DNA of 64,000 bases from Syntrophomonadales bacterium (GTDB lineage: Bacteria; Bacillota; Syntrophomonadia; Syntrophomonadales; DTU052): assembly GCA_050951725.1 (NCBI GenBank), contig JBMNJO010000001.1, positions 924,967 through 988,966 on the forward strand, read 5' to 3'. The stretch's first letter is position 1. Each line of letters starts with the position of its first letter. The notes beneath the pieces are model-generated. The model was given only the letters and a program-made list of their open reading frames with translations, searched no databases and was not told the origin of the DNA. The translations under genes and the position numbers were made by a program. Of this stretch, positions 9,116-18,028 are shown one piece after another.

Positions 9116-9364
9116 TTACTTACCCTGAAAAATAGAAATTAACTTGTAAATCAAAACCGCTGCAATTATAAATATCACCAATTGCTGTAAAAAAACCAGC
9201 CGCAGGCTGTCCAACAAAGTAAGGACAGTTCCCAGAGCCACCGGAAAGAGGATTGCAGGGCGAAACTGTTCATAGCCCTGGCTCTGACGAAACTTGACCC
9301 ACCGACCCAGGTTGATAATGGCGAAAAAAAGAAGGCAGTTAAGAAGCAGACTTATCCAGAACAT
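9116..9364 (-). CDS. small membrane protein, unknown function
   Basis: 82 aa with two or three hydrophobic segments. It abuts the surE stop. Confidence 0.45.
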   Translation of the reverse strand: MFWISLLLNCLLFFAIINLGRWVKFRQSQGYEQFRPAILFPVALGTVLTLLDSLRLVFLQQLVIFIIAAVLIYKLISIFQGK

Positions 9365-10141
9365 CTAAATGTGGTCCACGTAGTCGTGATAGATCCGCCG
9401 GTATTTTTTCACCATTTCATAATTGGTCAGGTCAAAATGAATCGGTGTCAGGGAAACAAACCCTTCATTAACGGCAGTCACATCACTGTCCGGTTCCTGG
9501 TCCTCTTCAACCACATCTCCGCCCATCCAAAAGTAGGTGTTGCCCCGGGGGTCCCTGCGTTCCTCAAAGACATTCTCGTACTGTCTTCTGCCCAAACGGG
9601 TGACCCGCATGCCCTTGATTTCGGGACGGGGTATACCTGGGACATTGATATTTATTATCGTATCCCGGTCAAAACCGTCCTTTTCCAGTTGGCGACAGAC
9701 CGCACGGGTAAAACGGGCGGCGAAACCATAATCCTCCGGGTCCTCCTCCAGACACAGGGACACAGCTATGGATGGCACCCCCATAATGACTCCCTCCATA
9801 GCCGCTGATACCGTCCCGGAATAGAGAACATCCCAACCCAGGTTGGCCCCTTTGTTGATCCCAGAGACTACCAGATCCGGCGGCCCAGGGAGCAGGGCTG
9901 AAATTCCCAGTTTAACACAATCCACCGGGGTTCCGTAGACCACCCAGGTACTCTGGGCGGCATCGATCCCGTCCACACGTTTGATCATAATAGGGTCAAA
10001 AACGGTGATGCCGTGACCGGTACCACTCCGCTCCCGGTCAGGCGCTACCACGAAGACCTCCGCCATCTCAGCCAGGGTCTCCGCCAGCATATGCAGCCCC
10101 GGCGAATTGAGACCATCGTCATTGGTAACCAGTAACCTCAA
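9365..10141 (-). CDS. surE: 5'/3'-nucleotidase SurE
   Basis: 258 aa. The N-terminus MRLLVTNDDGLNSPGL is the SurE signature. Confidence 0.9.
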   Translation of the reverse strand: MRLLVTNDDGLNSPGLHMLAETLAEMAEVFVVAPDRERSGTGHGITVFDPIMIKRVDGIDAAQSTWVVYGTPVDCVKLGISALLPGPPDLVVSGINKGANLGWDVLYSGTVSAAMEGVIMGVPSIAVSLCLEEDPEDYGFAARFTRAVCRQLEKDGFDRDTIININVPGIPRPEIKGMRVTRLGRRQYENVFEERRDPRGNTYFWMGGDVVEEDQEPDSDVTAVNEGFVSLTPIHFDLTNYEMVKKYRRIYHDYVDHI

Positions 10142-10152
10142 TTAATTCCCTC

Positions 10153-10677
10153 CTAGTCGAAAATCCGGAAATGATTAAGCGGCCAGTATATGAGAAAGGC
10201 CTGACCTTTAAGATGGTCTTCGGTTAACCAGCCATTCCACAGGTGACTGTCGTAACTCATGTTGCGGTTATCCCCCATCACAAACAGGGCGTGCTCCGGT
10301 ACTTTGACCGGCCCATACTCGTAATTGGGGGGCTCTGCTATGTATGTTTCCTCCAGAGCCTCATCGTTAACCCATACCTTGCCATCCTTAACCTCTATTT
10401 TGTCTCCTGGCACTCCGATGATGCGCTTAATGAAGTCGTCTTTCTGATTTATGATGGCCGGAGGTTCAAATACCACGATATCCCCGCGCTGCGGCTCCTT
10501 GAAGTAGTAGATGAATTTGTTAACCATTACCCGGTCACCCACCTGAATGGTCGGCAGCATCGAACCTGAAGGAATCCACCGGCCTTCGATGACAAAGGTA
10601 CGGAGGATCATCGCCAGAAAAAATGCCACCACAACTATGCCGATAAACTCTTTTAGGAGACCCCTGAACTGGTTCAT
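10153..10677 (-). CDS. lepB: signal peptidase I
   Basis: 174 aa with an N-terminal TM segment, the SGSMLPT serine box, and the GDNRNMSYDS box. Confidence 0.9.
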   Translation of the reverse strand: MNQFRGLLKEFIGIVVVAFFLAMILRTFVIEGRWIPSGSMLPTIQVGDRVMVNKFIYYFKEPQRGDIVVFEPPAIINQKDDFIKRIIGVPGDKIEVKDGKVWVNDEALEETYIAEPPNYEYGPVKVPEHALFVMGDNRNMSYDSHLWNGWLTEDHLKGQAFLIYWPLNHFRIFD

Positions 10678-10693
10678 AAATTAATCCTCCATA

Positions 10694-10879
10694 TTATATC
10701 TCATAAATACTGACGGTCATCTTGCCTGTTTCCCGGTCTTTGGTCAGCCCAAACATGAGCTTCTTGGACTTCAATGTCTTATTGAGAAAATCCACTACTC
10801 TGATCAATTCCGGACTGCCGTCAAAGGTCTTTTTAGCCAGTAGTTCCAGTTTCCCCGAATCTTCCGGAGCCATAAACAC
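10694..10879 (-). CDS. small hypothetical protein
   Basis: 61 aa ORF co-directional with lepB. No family recognised. Confidence 0.35.
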   Translation of the reverse strand: MFMAPEDSGKLELLAKKTFDGSPELIRVVDFLNKTLKSKKLMFGLTKDRETGKMTVSIYEI

Positions 10880-11035
10880 TCTCCTTTTATATTTTATAGA
10901 ACACCCCGTAATCTTAAAACCGGCTTTCGGTGCCGGTCAGGATTATCAAACAGAGTTGTATGTCTGTAATAGGCCGGACAGCACCGTTTCCCCGGATTAC
11001 AGGCCAGCCAGCAGCGGGATGGCAACTACACCGTT

Positions 11036-11596
11036 CTAATTGCCTCTTATCAGTGCCAGGGCCTCAGCCCGCGATGCGGGATTGGTTTCGAATATTCCTC
11101 TGACCGCCGAGGTAATGGTAAGGGTGCCTGGTTTTAGCACCCCCCGCATGGTCATACACATGTGCTCGGCCTCAATGACCACGATAACCCCCCAGGGCTG
11201 CAGGCGCTCGTTGATGGTGTCCGCTATCTGGGAGGTCAGCCGTTCCTGTACCTGAAGGCGACGGGCAAATCCCTCAACTACCCGGGCCAGTTTGCTGAGT
11301 CCGGTGATCTTTCCTTTGCGTGGTATATACGCCACATGGGCCCTGCCATAGAATGGTAAGAGGTGGTGCTCACACAAAGAATATAGAGGTATATCTTTTA
11401 GCATTACCATCTCATCATGGGACTCGGTGAACATGACTTCAAGGTACTGACCAGGGTCCTCATGGATGCCCTTACATATCTCTTCATACATCCTGGCCAC
11501 CCGGCTGGGTGTGTCCCTCAGTCCCTCGCGCCCGGGGTCCTCCCCCATGGCCTCAAGGATCATGCGGACGGCCTGGGTTATCTTTTCATTATCCAT
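11036..11596 (-). CDS. folE: GTP cyclohydrolase I
   Basis: 186 aa with the CEHHLLPF motif and HMCMTMRG. Confidence 0.9.
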   Translation of the reverse strand: MDNEKITQAVRMILEAMGEDPGREGLRDTPSRVARMYEEICKGIHEDPGQYLEVMFTESHDEMVMLKDIPLYSLCEHHLLPFYGRAHVAYIPRKGKITGLSKLARVVEGFARRLQVQERLTSQIADTINERLQPWGVIVVIEAEHMCMTMRGVLKPGTLTITSAVRGIFETNPASRAEALALIRGN

Positions 11597-11855
11597 ATCA
11601 TTATCTCCAGTCTTGGTTCATTAAAATGGTGTATATGCTGTTTCTGCTATTCCAGTATCGGAGTTCAGACTACCCCTAAATTCTATCATTAAATTGAGGG
11701 AGCGCAAATCAAGAACGAGCCGCTCCTCATCATGGCAACTGGGCGATTAACATTCATTCCGCGTTGGTTCCCTGCGAAAACAGATAACCCGTAAGGTTGG
11801 GTGCAGAATTATGCAGGAGTCTGTGCATGGTGTTAACGCCTGTTATCTTTCATTA

Positions 11856-12947
11856 TTAGTCTGCTCTTACCCTGCATAACAGTATGTTTTTCTCATTTTC
11901 ATAACTGTAATCGCAGCTCTCACTGCGGCTCCGGATAAGCACCTGTCCGAGTTGATCATCCTGGCTCCCGGTTTCAAGCGGATTTAATGGAATCCCGGCG
12001 CTCTCAACGACCAACTCCAGATTACCGCTCTTCTCGGAGTAAGCCAGACTGACTGTAATATCTGAGAAATCCTGCTGCAGGACCAGGATCTCTTCGACCA
12101 GCAAGAGTACATTCCCGCAGACCCGCCTGGATAGGAGGTGTTTTTCACAAAAAGCCTGGATTTCGCCGTTCATGCCATAAAGATCGTAGTCCTCACTGGT
12201 AATACGGCAGCGAAGAGTGCGCACCCGGTTGATGAAGGCTCGGGTTTTTTCTTTCTGTGGGTTTTCAAACAGCTCTTCGGGGGTACCCTCCTCATAGATA
12301 ATACCTTCATCCATATAAAACACGCGGGTAGCCAGATTCTGGGCAAACTCCATCTCGTGAGTGACAATAACCATGGTCATCCCTTCTTTGGCCAGGCGTC
12401 GGATAACCGCCAGCACCTCACTGACCATCGTCGGGTCCAGAGCTGAGGTGGGCTCATCAAAAAGCATGACCTCCGGCTCCATCGCCAGGCAGCGGGCAAT
12501 GGCTACCCTCTGCTTCTGTCCGCCGGAGAGCTCATCCGGAAAAGCATTGGCCTTTTCGGCCAACCCGACCATTTTCAGCAGTTCCATGGCTTTGATGCGC
12601 GCATCGGCCCGGCTCCGTCCCAGGAGCTTTATAGGCCCGATGGTCAGATTATCCATAACAGAAAGGTGAGCATACAGGTTGAACGACTGAAAAACCATGC
12701 CCATCTTCTGGCGTATCCTTGCCACATTGGTATCCTTGTCCAGCAAGGGAACCCCGTCAATGTATATTCTGCCGCCACTCGGTTTCTCCAGCAGGTTGAG
12801 GCAGCGCAAGAGAGTACTTTTCCCGGTGCCTGAAGGTCCAATAATCGCAACAATCTCACCTTTATGGATCACGCTGTTCACGTCCTTCAGCACTTCCAGA
12901 TCACCAAACCTCTTACTCAGGTGTTCAATCTTAATCATTGCTGACAC
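11856..12947 (-). CDS. amino-acid ABC transporter ATP-binding protein with a ~120-aa C-terminal extension
   Basis: Walker [10 protein letters not shown], signature LSGGQKQR, Walker [11 protein letters not shown] and H-loop VTHEM lie in residues 1-240. There are about 120 extra residues after the NBD. Confidence 0.85.
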   Translation of the reverse strand: MSAMIKIEHLSKRFGDLEVLKDVNSVIHKGEIVAIIGPSGTGKSTLLRCLNLLEKPSGGRIYIDGVPLLDKDTNVARIRQKMGMVFQSFNLYAHLSVMDNLTIGPIKLLGRSRADARIKAMELLKMVGLAEKANAFPDELSGGQKQRVAIARCLAMEPEVMLFDEPTSALDPTMVSEVLAVIRRLAKEGMTMVIVTHEMEFAQNLATRVFYMDEGIIYEEGTPEELFENPQKEKTRAFINRVRTLRCRITSEDYDLYGMNGEIQAFCEKHLLSRRVCGNVLLLVEEILVLQQDFSDITVSLAYSEKSGNLELVVESAGIPLNPLETGSQDDQLGQVLIRSRSESCDYSYENEKNILLCRVRAD

Positions 12948-15918
12948 CTCCTACCGGACGGTTCCTTTTCGGGTCAGTTTTTATGGCCAGATAATCCAAT
13001 ACCAGGCCCAGTAACCACGCCATGAGGAAGTAGAGTATGGCCACCATTATCAGGGGGAAGAACGCATCAAAGGTGCGGCTGCGGATAATATCACTGGCCT
13101 TAGTCAGGTCCTGTACTGCTATATAACCAACCACCGAGGTCATCTTCACCATAGAGATGAACTCACCCTTGTAAACAGGAAGCACCTGCCGTATGGCCTG
13201 CGGCATTATTATATACAGGAAGGTTTGCAGTTCGGTGAAGCCACCGGCAATGCCGGCTTCTCTCTGTCCCTTATCCACACTCTCGATGGCGGCGCGGAAC
13301 ATCTCGGAGACATAGGCCCCAAAGTTCATGGCAAAGGCAATCACTGCGGCAATAACCGGTTCAATGTTTACCGAGGCAAACACCACATAAAAGACTATCA
13401 TCAGAAGCACCAGCACCGGAATTCCCCGCAGGACGGAGATATAAACCCGGGCAAACCCCTGCAGGAACTTGTTCTTCGCCATCCGCATGTAGCAGATCAG
13501 GGCCCCCAAGAGGGTACCAAAAATTACCGCCAGGACAGATATCAGCGCGGTAACCTTCAAGCCATCTATTATGAGCTGATAGCGATCCTCCACAATAATA
13601 TTATTGTAAAAACTGTTGCCAACCCGTTGAAGAATAGATTCAGGTTTACCTGCTTCATTCTCGCCGGCATCCTGGCCGGCAATATTGTCCTTATGGGCAA
13701 TCACCGCAGTCTTGAACTCCAGATATTTGTCAGAGAAGTCTATGGTCTGAGCCCTCTCCTCTGTTATTGCGATACCATCGGCTATCATATCAACCTTGCC
13801 CGAGGCCAGGGCTGCGATCAAGGACCCGAACTCCATAGTCATTATCTCCAGAGGATACCCTTCATAGGCTGCAAACCGCTGGATTATCTCAATGTCAAAG
13901 CCGACATACTCATTGTTCATGACCGCCACATATGGAAGGTCACCTACCGCCACCCCCGCAACCAGTTTCTCACCGGTTCTCGGGTTATCAAACTTCGGCA
14001 TGACAGCCTTCTCTGGATCATTCTCCATCCAGCGCTCGTATACCTCATCATAGGTGCCATCGGCCCGTATCTCTTTTAGAAAGTTATTAAATTTCTCCCG
14101 TAACTCAGGGTTATTCTTGCTGAATCCAATTCCCAGGTCCTTGGTGAACACATCATCGGTTACGATCCCGATATCAGGATTGTTTTTTAGCAGTACCTTG
14201 GCTGAGGTATAATCGAGCATGGCCGCGTCGATCTTGTTGCTCTTAAGGGCCAGAATCATGTCTGAAGTACCTTCAAAGCGGTATATTTTGGCTTCAGGAT
14301 ACCTCTCGGCGATAAAGGCATCGAATATCGTCCCAACATATACCCCTACCCGTTTATCGGCTATATCATCAAGCTCTGACATCTTGTTGGAGTTACCCTG
14401 AGCTATGTTCTTTTTCAGAGTTAAGAAAGAAGCCCCTAAATCGTAATATGGATCGGAAAAAGCTATCTCTTTTTGGCGCTCCTCTGTCATCATCAAGCTG
14501 CTGGAGATCATATCAATCTTATTGGTGGACACTGCGGCGATTAAGCTGCCGAATTCCATATCCTGAAACACAAGTTCCTTGCCCAGATAGGCGGCAAACC
14601 TTTGGTCAAGTTCAGCATCGAACCCGATCAATTTTTTATCCTTGACCGCCATGAAGGGAAGTCCCGAATCACTGGCTATTCCAACAATCAGTTTCCCATT
14701 GTTACCGGAGTTCTCGATTACCGGCATTTCGGTAGATCCATCGGTCATCCAGCGTTTAACCATATCATCATAGGTGCCATCAGTTTTGATTTCCTGGAGG
14801 AAACTATTAAATTGTTCACGCAGGGCCTGGTTATCCTTGTTAAATCCCATCCCAATTGGAACTGAGTAGACCACATCACCGAGCATGGCCAGATCCGGGT
14901 TTTCTCGGATTAATCTCCGCAATAATTCATGGTTTATCAAGGCCGCATCAACTTTGTCGCTTTTGAGGGCAATTAACAAATCGGTAATATTCTTGTACTG
15001 CAATAGGCTGGCGTCGGGGTAATTAGCATTGGCATAGGTATCGTGGACCGTGCCTAATAGCACCCCGATACGTTTGTCTCTTATATCATCAACGGTCCCC
15101 AACTGAGCACTGCTGCTGTCAGTTGCAGATTGGTTGTCATCCCGGACCAGAGCGGCAATTCCCCCTGCGTAATAACTCTGGGTGAACAATACCTGTTTCG
15201 CCCTCTCTTCAGTAATGGATAATCCCGCGCCAATCATATCCACCTTGCCGGACACCAGAGCCGGGATCAGGCCGCCAAAATCCATGTTTACCACTTCGAG
15301 CTGCATATCCAGTTCCTGAGCTATGTAGGCAGCTAGTTCAATGTCAAAACCTACAATCTGGTGATTACCGTCCATGAAGGCCATTGGCTCGGTAACTGCC
15401 GCAGTTCCGAATCTTAAAGTGCCATTATCCCCGATGAGTTCAATATCCGGCATCGGAGCCGGCGCACCTCTTTCGGGAAACCAGCGCGTCATCATCTCGT
15501 CATAGGTACCGTTAACCCTTAGTTCATCGATGACTCTATCCGCCGCTGTTTTTATTTCCTGATCGTCAAGTCTCACCGCGAACCCGTAGTTGTCCTCAAC
15601 CAGAACTTCTGGCAATACTGTTACCCCTTCATTTTTACCAGCGATGTTTTGGAGGACGGGTTTATCATAGGCTGCAGCGTCTGCTTTGCCCTCTTTAACT
15701 GCTATAGCACAATCCAGAACCGTATTGTAATAAGTCAACTCGGCGTCTGGAAACCTCTCCCGCACAAACTGGTCCGCAATGGTACCGGTAGGCACAGCGA
15801 AGGTCTTGCCGCCCTGAAGCATCGATAAATCCGTTATAAATCCTTTCTCTCCACCGCATCCCAGCAGCGACAGAGCAAAACAGAGTATTAGGATGATCCC
15901 AACCACTTTATTTCGCAT
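12931..15918 (-). CDS. fused lipoprotein / multi-substrate-binding-domain / amino-acid ABC permease
   Basis: Start moved to [23 protein letters not shown] (AAGGAG RBS; lipobox LLGC). There are repeated PBP type-3 modules (GFDIEL...SGKVDMI...TEERAK) followed by a His/Glu/Gln/Arg-type permease TMD at the C-terminus. Confidence 0.8.
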   Translation of the reverse strand: MRNKVVGIILILCFALSLLGCGGEKGFITDLSMLQGGKTFAVPTGTIADQFVRERFPDAELTYYNTVLDCAIAVKEGKADAAAYDKPVLQNIAGKNEGVTVLPEVLVEDNYGFAVRLDDQEIKTAADRVIDELRVNGTYDEMMTRWFPERGAPAPMPDIELIGDNGTLRFGTAAVTEPMAFMDGNHQIVGFDIELAAYIAQELDMQLEVVNMDFGGLIPALVSGKVDMIGAGLSITEERAKQVLFTQSYYAGGIAALVRDDNQSATDSSSAQLGTVDDIRDKRIGVLLGTVHDTYANANYPDASLLQYKNITDLLIALKSDKVDAALINHELLRRLIRENPDLAMLGDVVYSVPIGMGFNKDNQALREQFNSFLQEIKTDGTYDDMVKRWMTDGSTEMPVIENSGNNGKLIVGIASDSGLPFMAVKDKKLIGFDAELDQRFAAYLGKELVFQDMEFGSLIAAVSTNKIDMISSSLMMTEERQKEIAFSDPYYDLGASFLTLKKNIAQGNSNKMSELDDIADKRVGVYVGTIFDAFIAERYPEAKIYRFEGTSDMILALKSNKIDAAMLDYTSAKVLLKNNPDIGIVTDDVFTKDLGIGFSKNNPELREKFNNFLKEIRADGTYDEVYERWMENDPEKAVMPKFDNPRTGEKLVAGVAVGDLPYVAVMNNEYVGFDIEIIQRFAAYEGYPLEIMTMEFGSLIAALASGKVDMIADGIAITEERAQTIDFSDKYLEFKTAVIAHKDNIAGQDAGENEAGKPESILQRVGNSFYNNIIVEDRYQLIIDGLKVTALISVLAVIFGTLLGALICYMRMAKNKFLQGFARVYISVLRGIPVLVLLMIVFYVVFASVNIEPVIAAVIAFAMNFGAYVSEMFRAAIESVDKGQREAGIAGGFTELQTFLYIIMPQAIRQVLPVYKGEFISMVKMTSVVGYIAVQDLTKASDIIRSRTFDAFFPLIMVAILYFLMAWLLGLVLDYLAIKTDPKRNRPVGGVSND

Positions 15919-16163
15919 AGCAACACTCCTTATCATTTGGCTCGGAAAATCTTTATCAGAAATGCACCTAAACGGCAATAAAGCTATCCTTGTTCATTCG
16001 ACAGGCGTTTAATATTCTCCTTCGCAAATGCCATTGAATGGTAAAGATAGTTCCATGATTAACCCACAACTTCTGGTTTGCCGCATAGCCTCACTAGCAG
16101 GAACTGGATGTACAGGTTGGGGACTGATAATCATGCCGCCAGACCTGGCGCTTTATGAGCAGT

Positions 16164-16190
16164 CAAAAAAACACCCGTTGACAGGTGTTG
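16164..16190 (-). terminator. intrinsic terminator closing the small-peptide transcription unit
   Basis: Minus-strand AACACCTGTCAACGGGTGTTTTTTTGA. Confidence 0.6.
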
Positions 16191-16401
16191 ATTGAAGAAC
16201 AAAAGATTATTCAGCAGATTCAAATGCGGTTGTTGGAGAGGTCAAAATCGACGAGTTCGCGATTTACATTTTGTTGTTGCCCGAGGTATATGCAAAAATA
16301 TAGGGATGGTACATGAATTTCGCCTTCCTACCATCCCCACATTCGTAAGGCTTTTTCCCGACATGGGTCTTAAGACGATATGTCAGCCCATTTAATAAAA
16401 A

Positions 16402-16539
16402 TCAGGACTTGTTACCGTCATATATACTGTTTACTCCGTATTTTCCTCCAACTTCCTTACCGCCTGATGCCTTTTCCAACTCAGTATCGGTAAGTATCAC
16501 AGTCCCGTTCTTGTCCTTGTCCTTATCCTTATCCGGCAC
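16402..16539 (-). CDS. 45-aa peptide with a double-glycine-type leader (candidate secreted or modified peptide)
   Basis: Below the ORF-track size cutoff. GTG start 5 nt after AAAGGGGTGA. Translation: MPDKDKDKDKNGTVILTDTELEKASGGKEVGGKYGVNSIYDGNKS. A TATAAT lies at 16582-16577. Confidence 0.5.
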   Translation of the reverse strand: MPDKDKDKDKNGTVILTDTELEKASGGKEVGGKYGVNSIYDGNKS

Positions 16540-16974
16540 TCTGATCACCCCTTTCGTTTAATCTCATCTTAATAAGATTATACGATAATTATTTGGAAGT
16601 AGCTCAAACGGCTTGAGAATAAAATACATTTCCGCCTTATAGATGGGGTTATTCCATATATTAATAGCATTGAAATGTTTACACCATATCGTCAATTCCG
16701 TCCAACTTAGTGAGAATATCTTTGGATGCAACTCTTGCACCGAATTCATTTATCTGGAAACAGGCGGGTTGAAAACGACTTGGCAAAAGAATCAGGTGAA
16801 AGAGTCTCCTTGACCCGTACCTGGAATGGTGCCAGAAAAACATTACAGACCCTTACAATCGGAAGACCTTTTGAGAGAATGGAATTCGGATATCTTCGAT
16901 GATATCGCCGTTCATCCGGTTGCCGTGTCGGGACCCTTCAGGCCCGAGGAACCAGAGGTTAATGATTTATAACA

Positions 16975-17622
16975 CTATCTTATATTCGTTACCACGCTTT
17001 CACCGTTTCTGATTTCTATATGGCAGGCAGTGGATCCGGCATCAGCCAGGTGCTGGTTGTGGGTGACCATGATCACCTGGCGGTCAAATGAATTGCACAC
17101 AGCATTCAGGAACTCCGCCACCTGACGTACATACTGTTCGGAAACGTGTTTGCCAGGTTCGTCCAGGATCAGGGGGCCGCCGAGGGGGGGACGGCTGGTT
17201 TCCAGAAGAGCTACACGCAAAGCCAGGGAAATAACATCAACAATTCCGCCTCCCCGAGAGTCACGCGGATCATTCTGTACCACCTGTTCTCCGCCATAGG
17301 TCGAGGAAACAGAAAATTCAGCCTCGGACCTCTCGGCGCGTTCCTCAAAATCAATATGAAAAACGTGGTCACTCTCAAATATCATCTTCAGGGCGTTGGT
17401 TACCAGCCGTTCCATGGTTTCCTTGGACTCACGGCGGGCATAATCGCCGGCCATGCTGAACAGCCTTGCCACCTGGCGCAGCGTTTCGACCTGGTTTTTT
17501 AGATCGGCGATCCGGGCCTCCTTCTGCTGTTTCTGGCCCTGGAGGCTGTCGCGCTGGCCTTTGCGCCGGTTGAGATCATCACGAAAACTAGCCACACTTT
17601 TTTTCAGGGCAGCGTGTTCCAA
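16975..17622 (-). CDS. Rad50/SbcC-like ATPase, C-terminal piece (signature motif, Walker B, H-loop)
   Basis: 215 aa with a TTG start 1 nt after the upstream stop. Coiled-coil N-terminus, then SRGGGIVDVISLALRVAL, LILDEPGKHV and VIMVTHNQ. Confidence 0.8.
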   Translation of the reverse strand: MEHAALKKSVASFRDDLNRRKGQRDSLQGQKQQKEARIADLKNQVETLRQVARLFSMAGDYARRESKETMERLVTNALKMIFESDHVFHIDFEERAERSEAEFSVSSTYGGEQVVQNDPRDSRGGGIVDVISLALRVALLETSRPPLGGPLILDEPGKHVSEQYVRQVAEFLNAVCNSFDRQVIMVTHNQHLADAGSTACHIEIRNGESVVTNIR

Positions 17623-17623
17623 A

Positions 17624-17890
17624 TCACCATCCCACCTTTTTCAGGTACTGCATGGGTATCAATTCCTCAATCCTTTTAATCAGGGAGTCCATTTCCATCC
17701 GAATCTCCCGGATACGGGCATCAAGTTCTTCGGGTTGGCAACCCAGGTCCTCTATACGCTGGTGGACCTGCTCCAGGTCTTTCTTCAGCACCTCGTATCG
17801 GGCCAAGGCCCGGTTCCGGTCATTGCTGGCGTCTTTTAATGCTTTCTCCAACTTCTTAATACGGGCATCGTAAGATTCTTTTTCCAACAA
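17624..17890 (-). CDS. 88-aa coiled-coil protein (middle piece of the split Rad50-like protein)
   Basis: Heptad-rich sequence (KKLEKALKDASNDRNRALARYEVLKKDLEQVHQRIEDL). TTG start after GTGGGGGTG. Confidence 0.6.
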   Translation of the reverse strand: MLEKESYDARIKKLEKALKDASNDRNRALARYEVLKKDLEQVHQRIEDLGCQPEELDARIREIRMEMDSLIKRIEELIPMQYLKKVGW

Positions 17891-18028
17891 CTACACCCCC
17901 ACTTTGGAAAGATGGTTATTATTTGTCGCCCCTTCCAAGGGGCTCTCTTCCTTTACTCCGAATTGTTTATGTTTATGATCACCTGCTGGATATTATATCC
18001 ACGAAAAACAGGTCATACATGGTTTTTT

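Noticed and set aside
11597-11855. THF, preQ1 or ZTP riboswitch upstream of folE
   Set aside because: I could not find the conserved cores by eye (THF: AGAGUAG...GCGUGGGA; ZTP: GGGUCGUGACUGGCG...CCGCCUGGGC). It remains only an untested possibility, noted under findings.
16192-16749. Track ORFs 16192-16395 (+) and 16564-16749 (-) in the AT-rich spacer
   Set aside because: They have no RBS and odd composition (Cys/Arg/Trp-rich or Ile/Asn-rich). The first overlaps the terminator and 3' UTR of the peptide unit, and the second overlaps its promoter.
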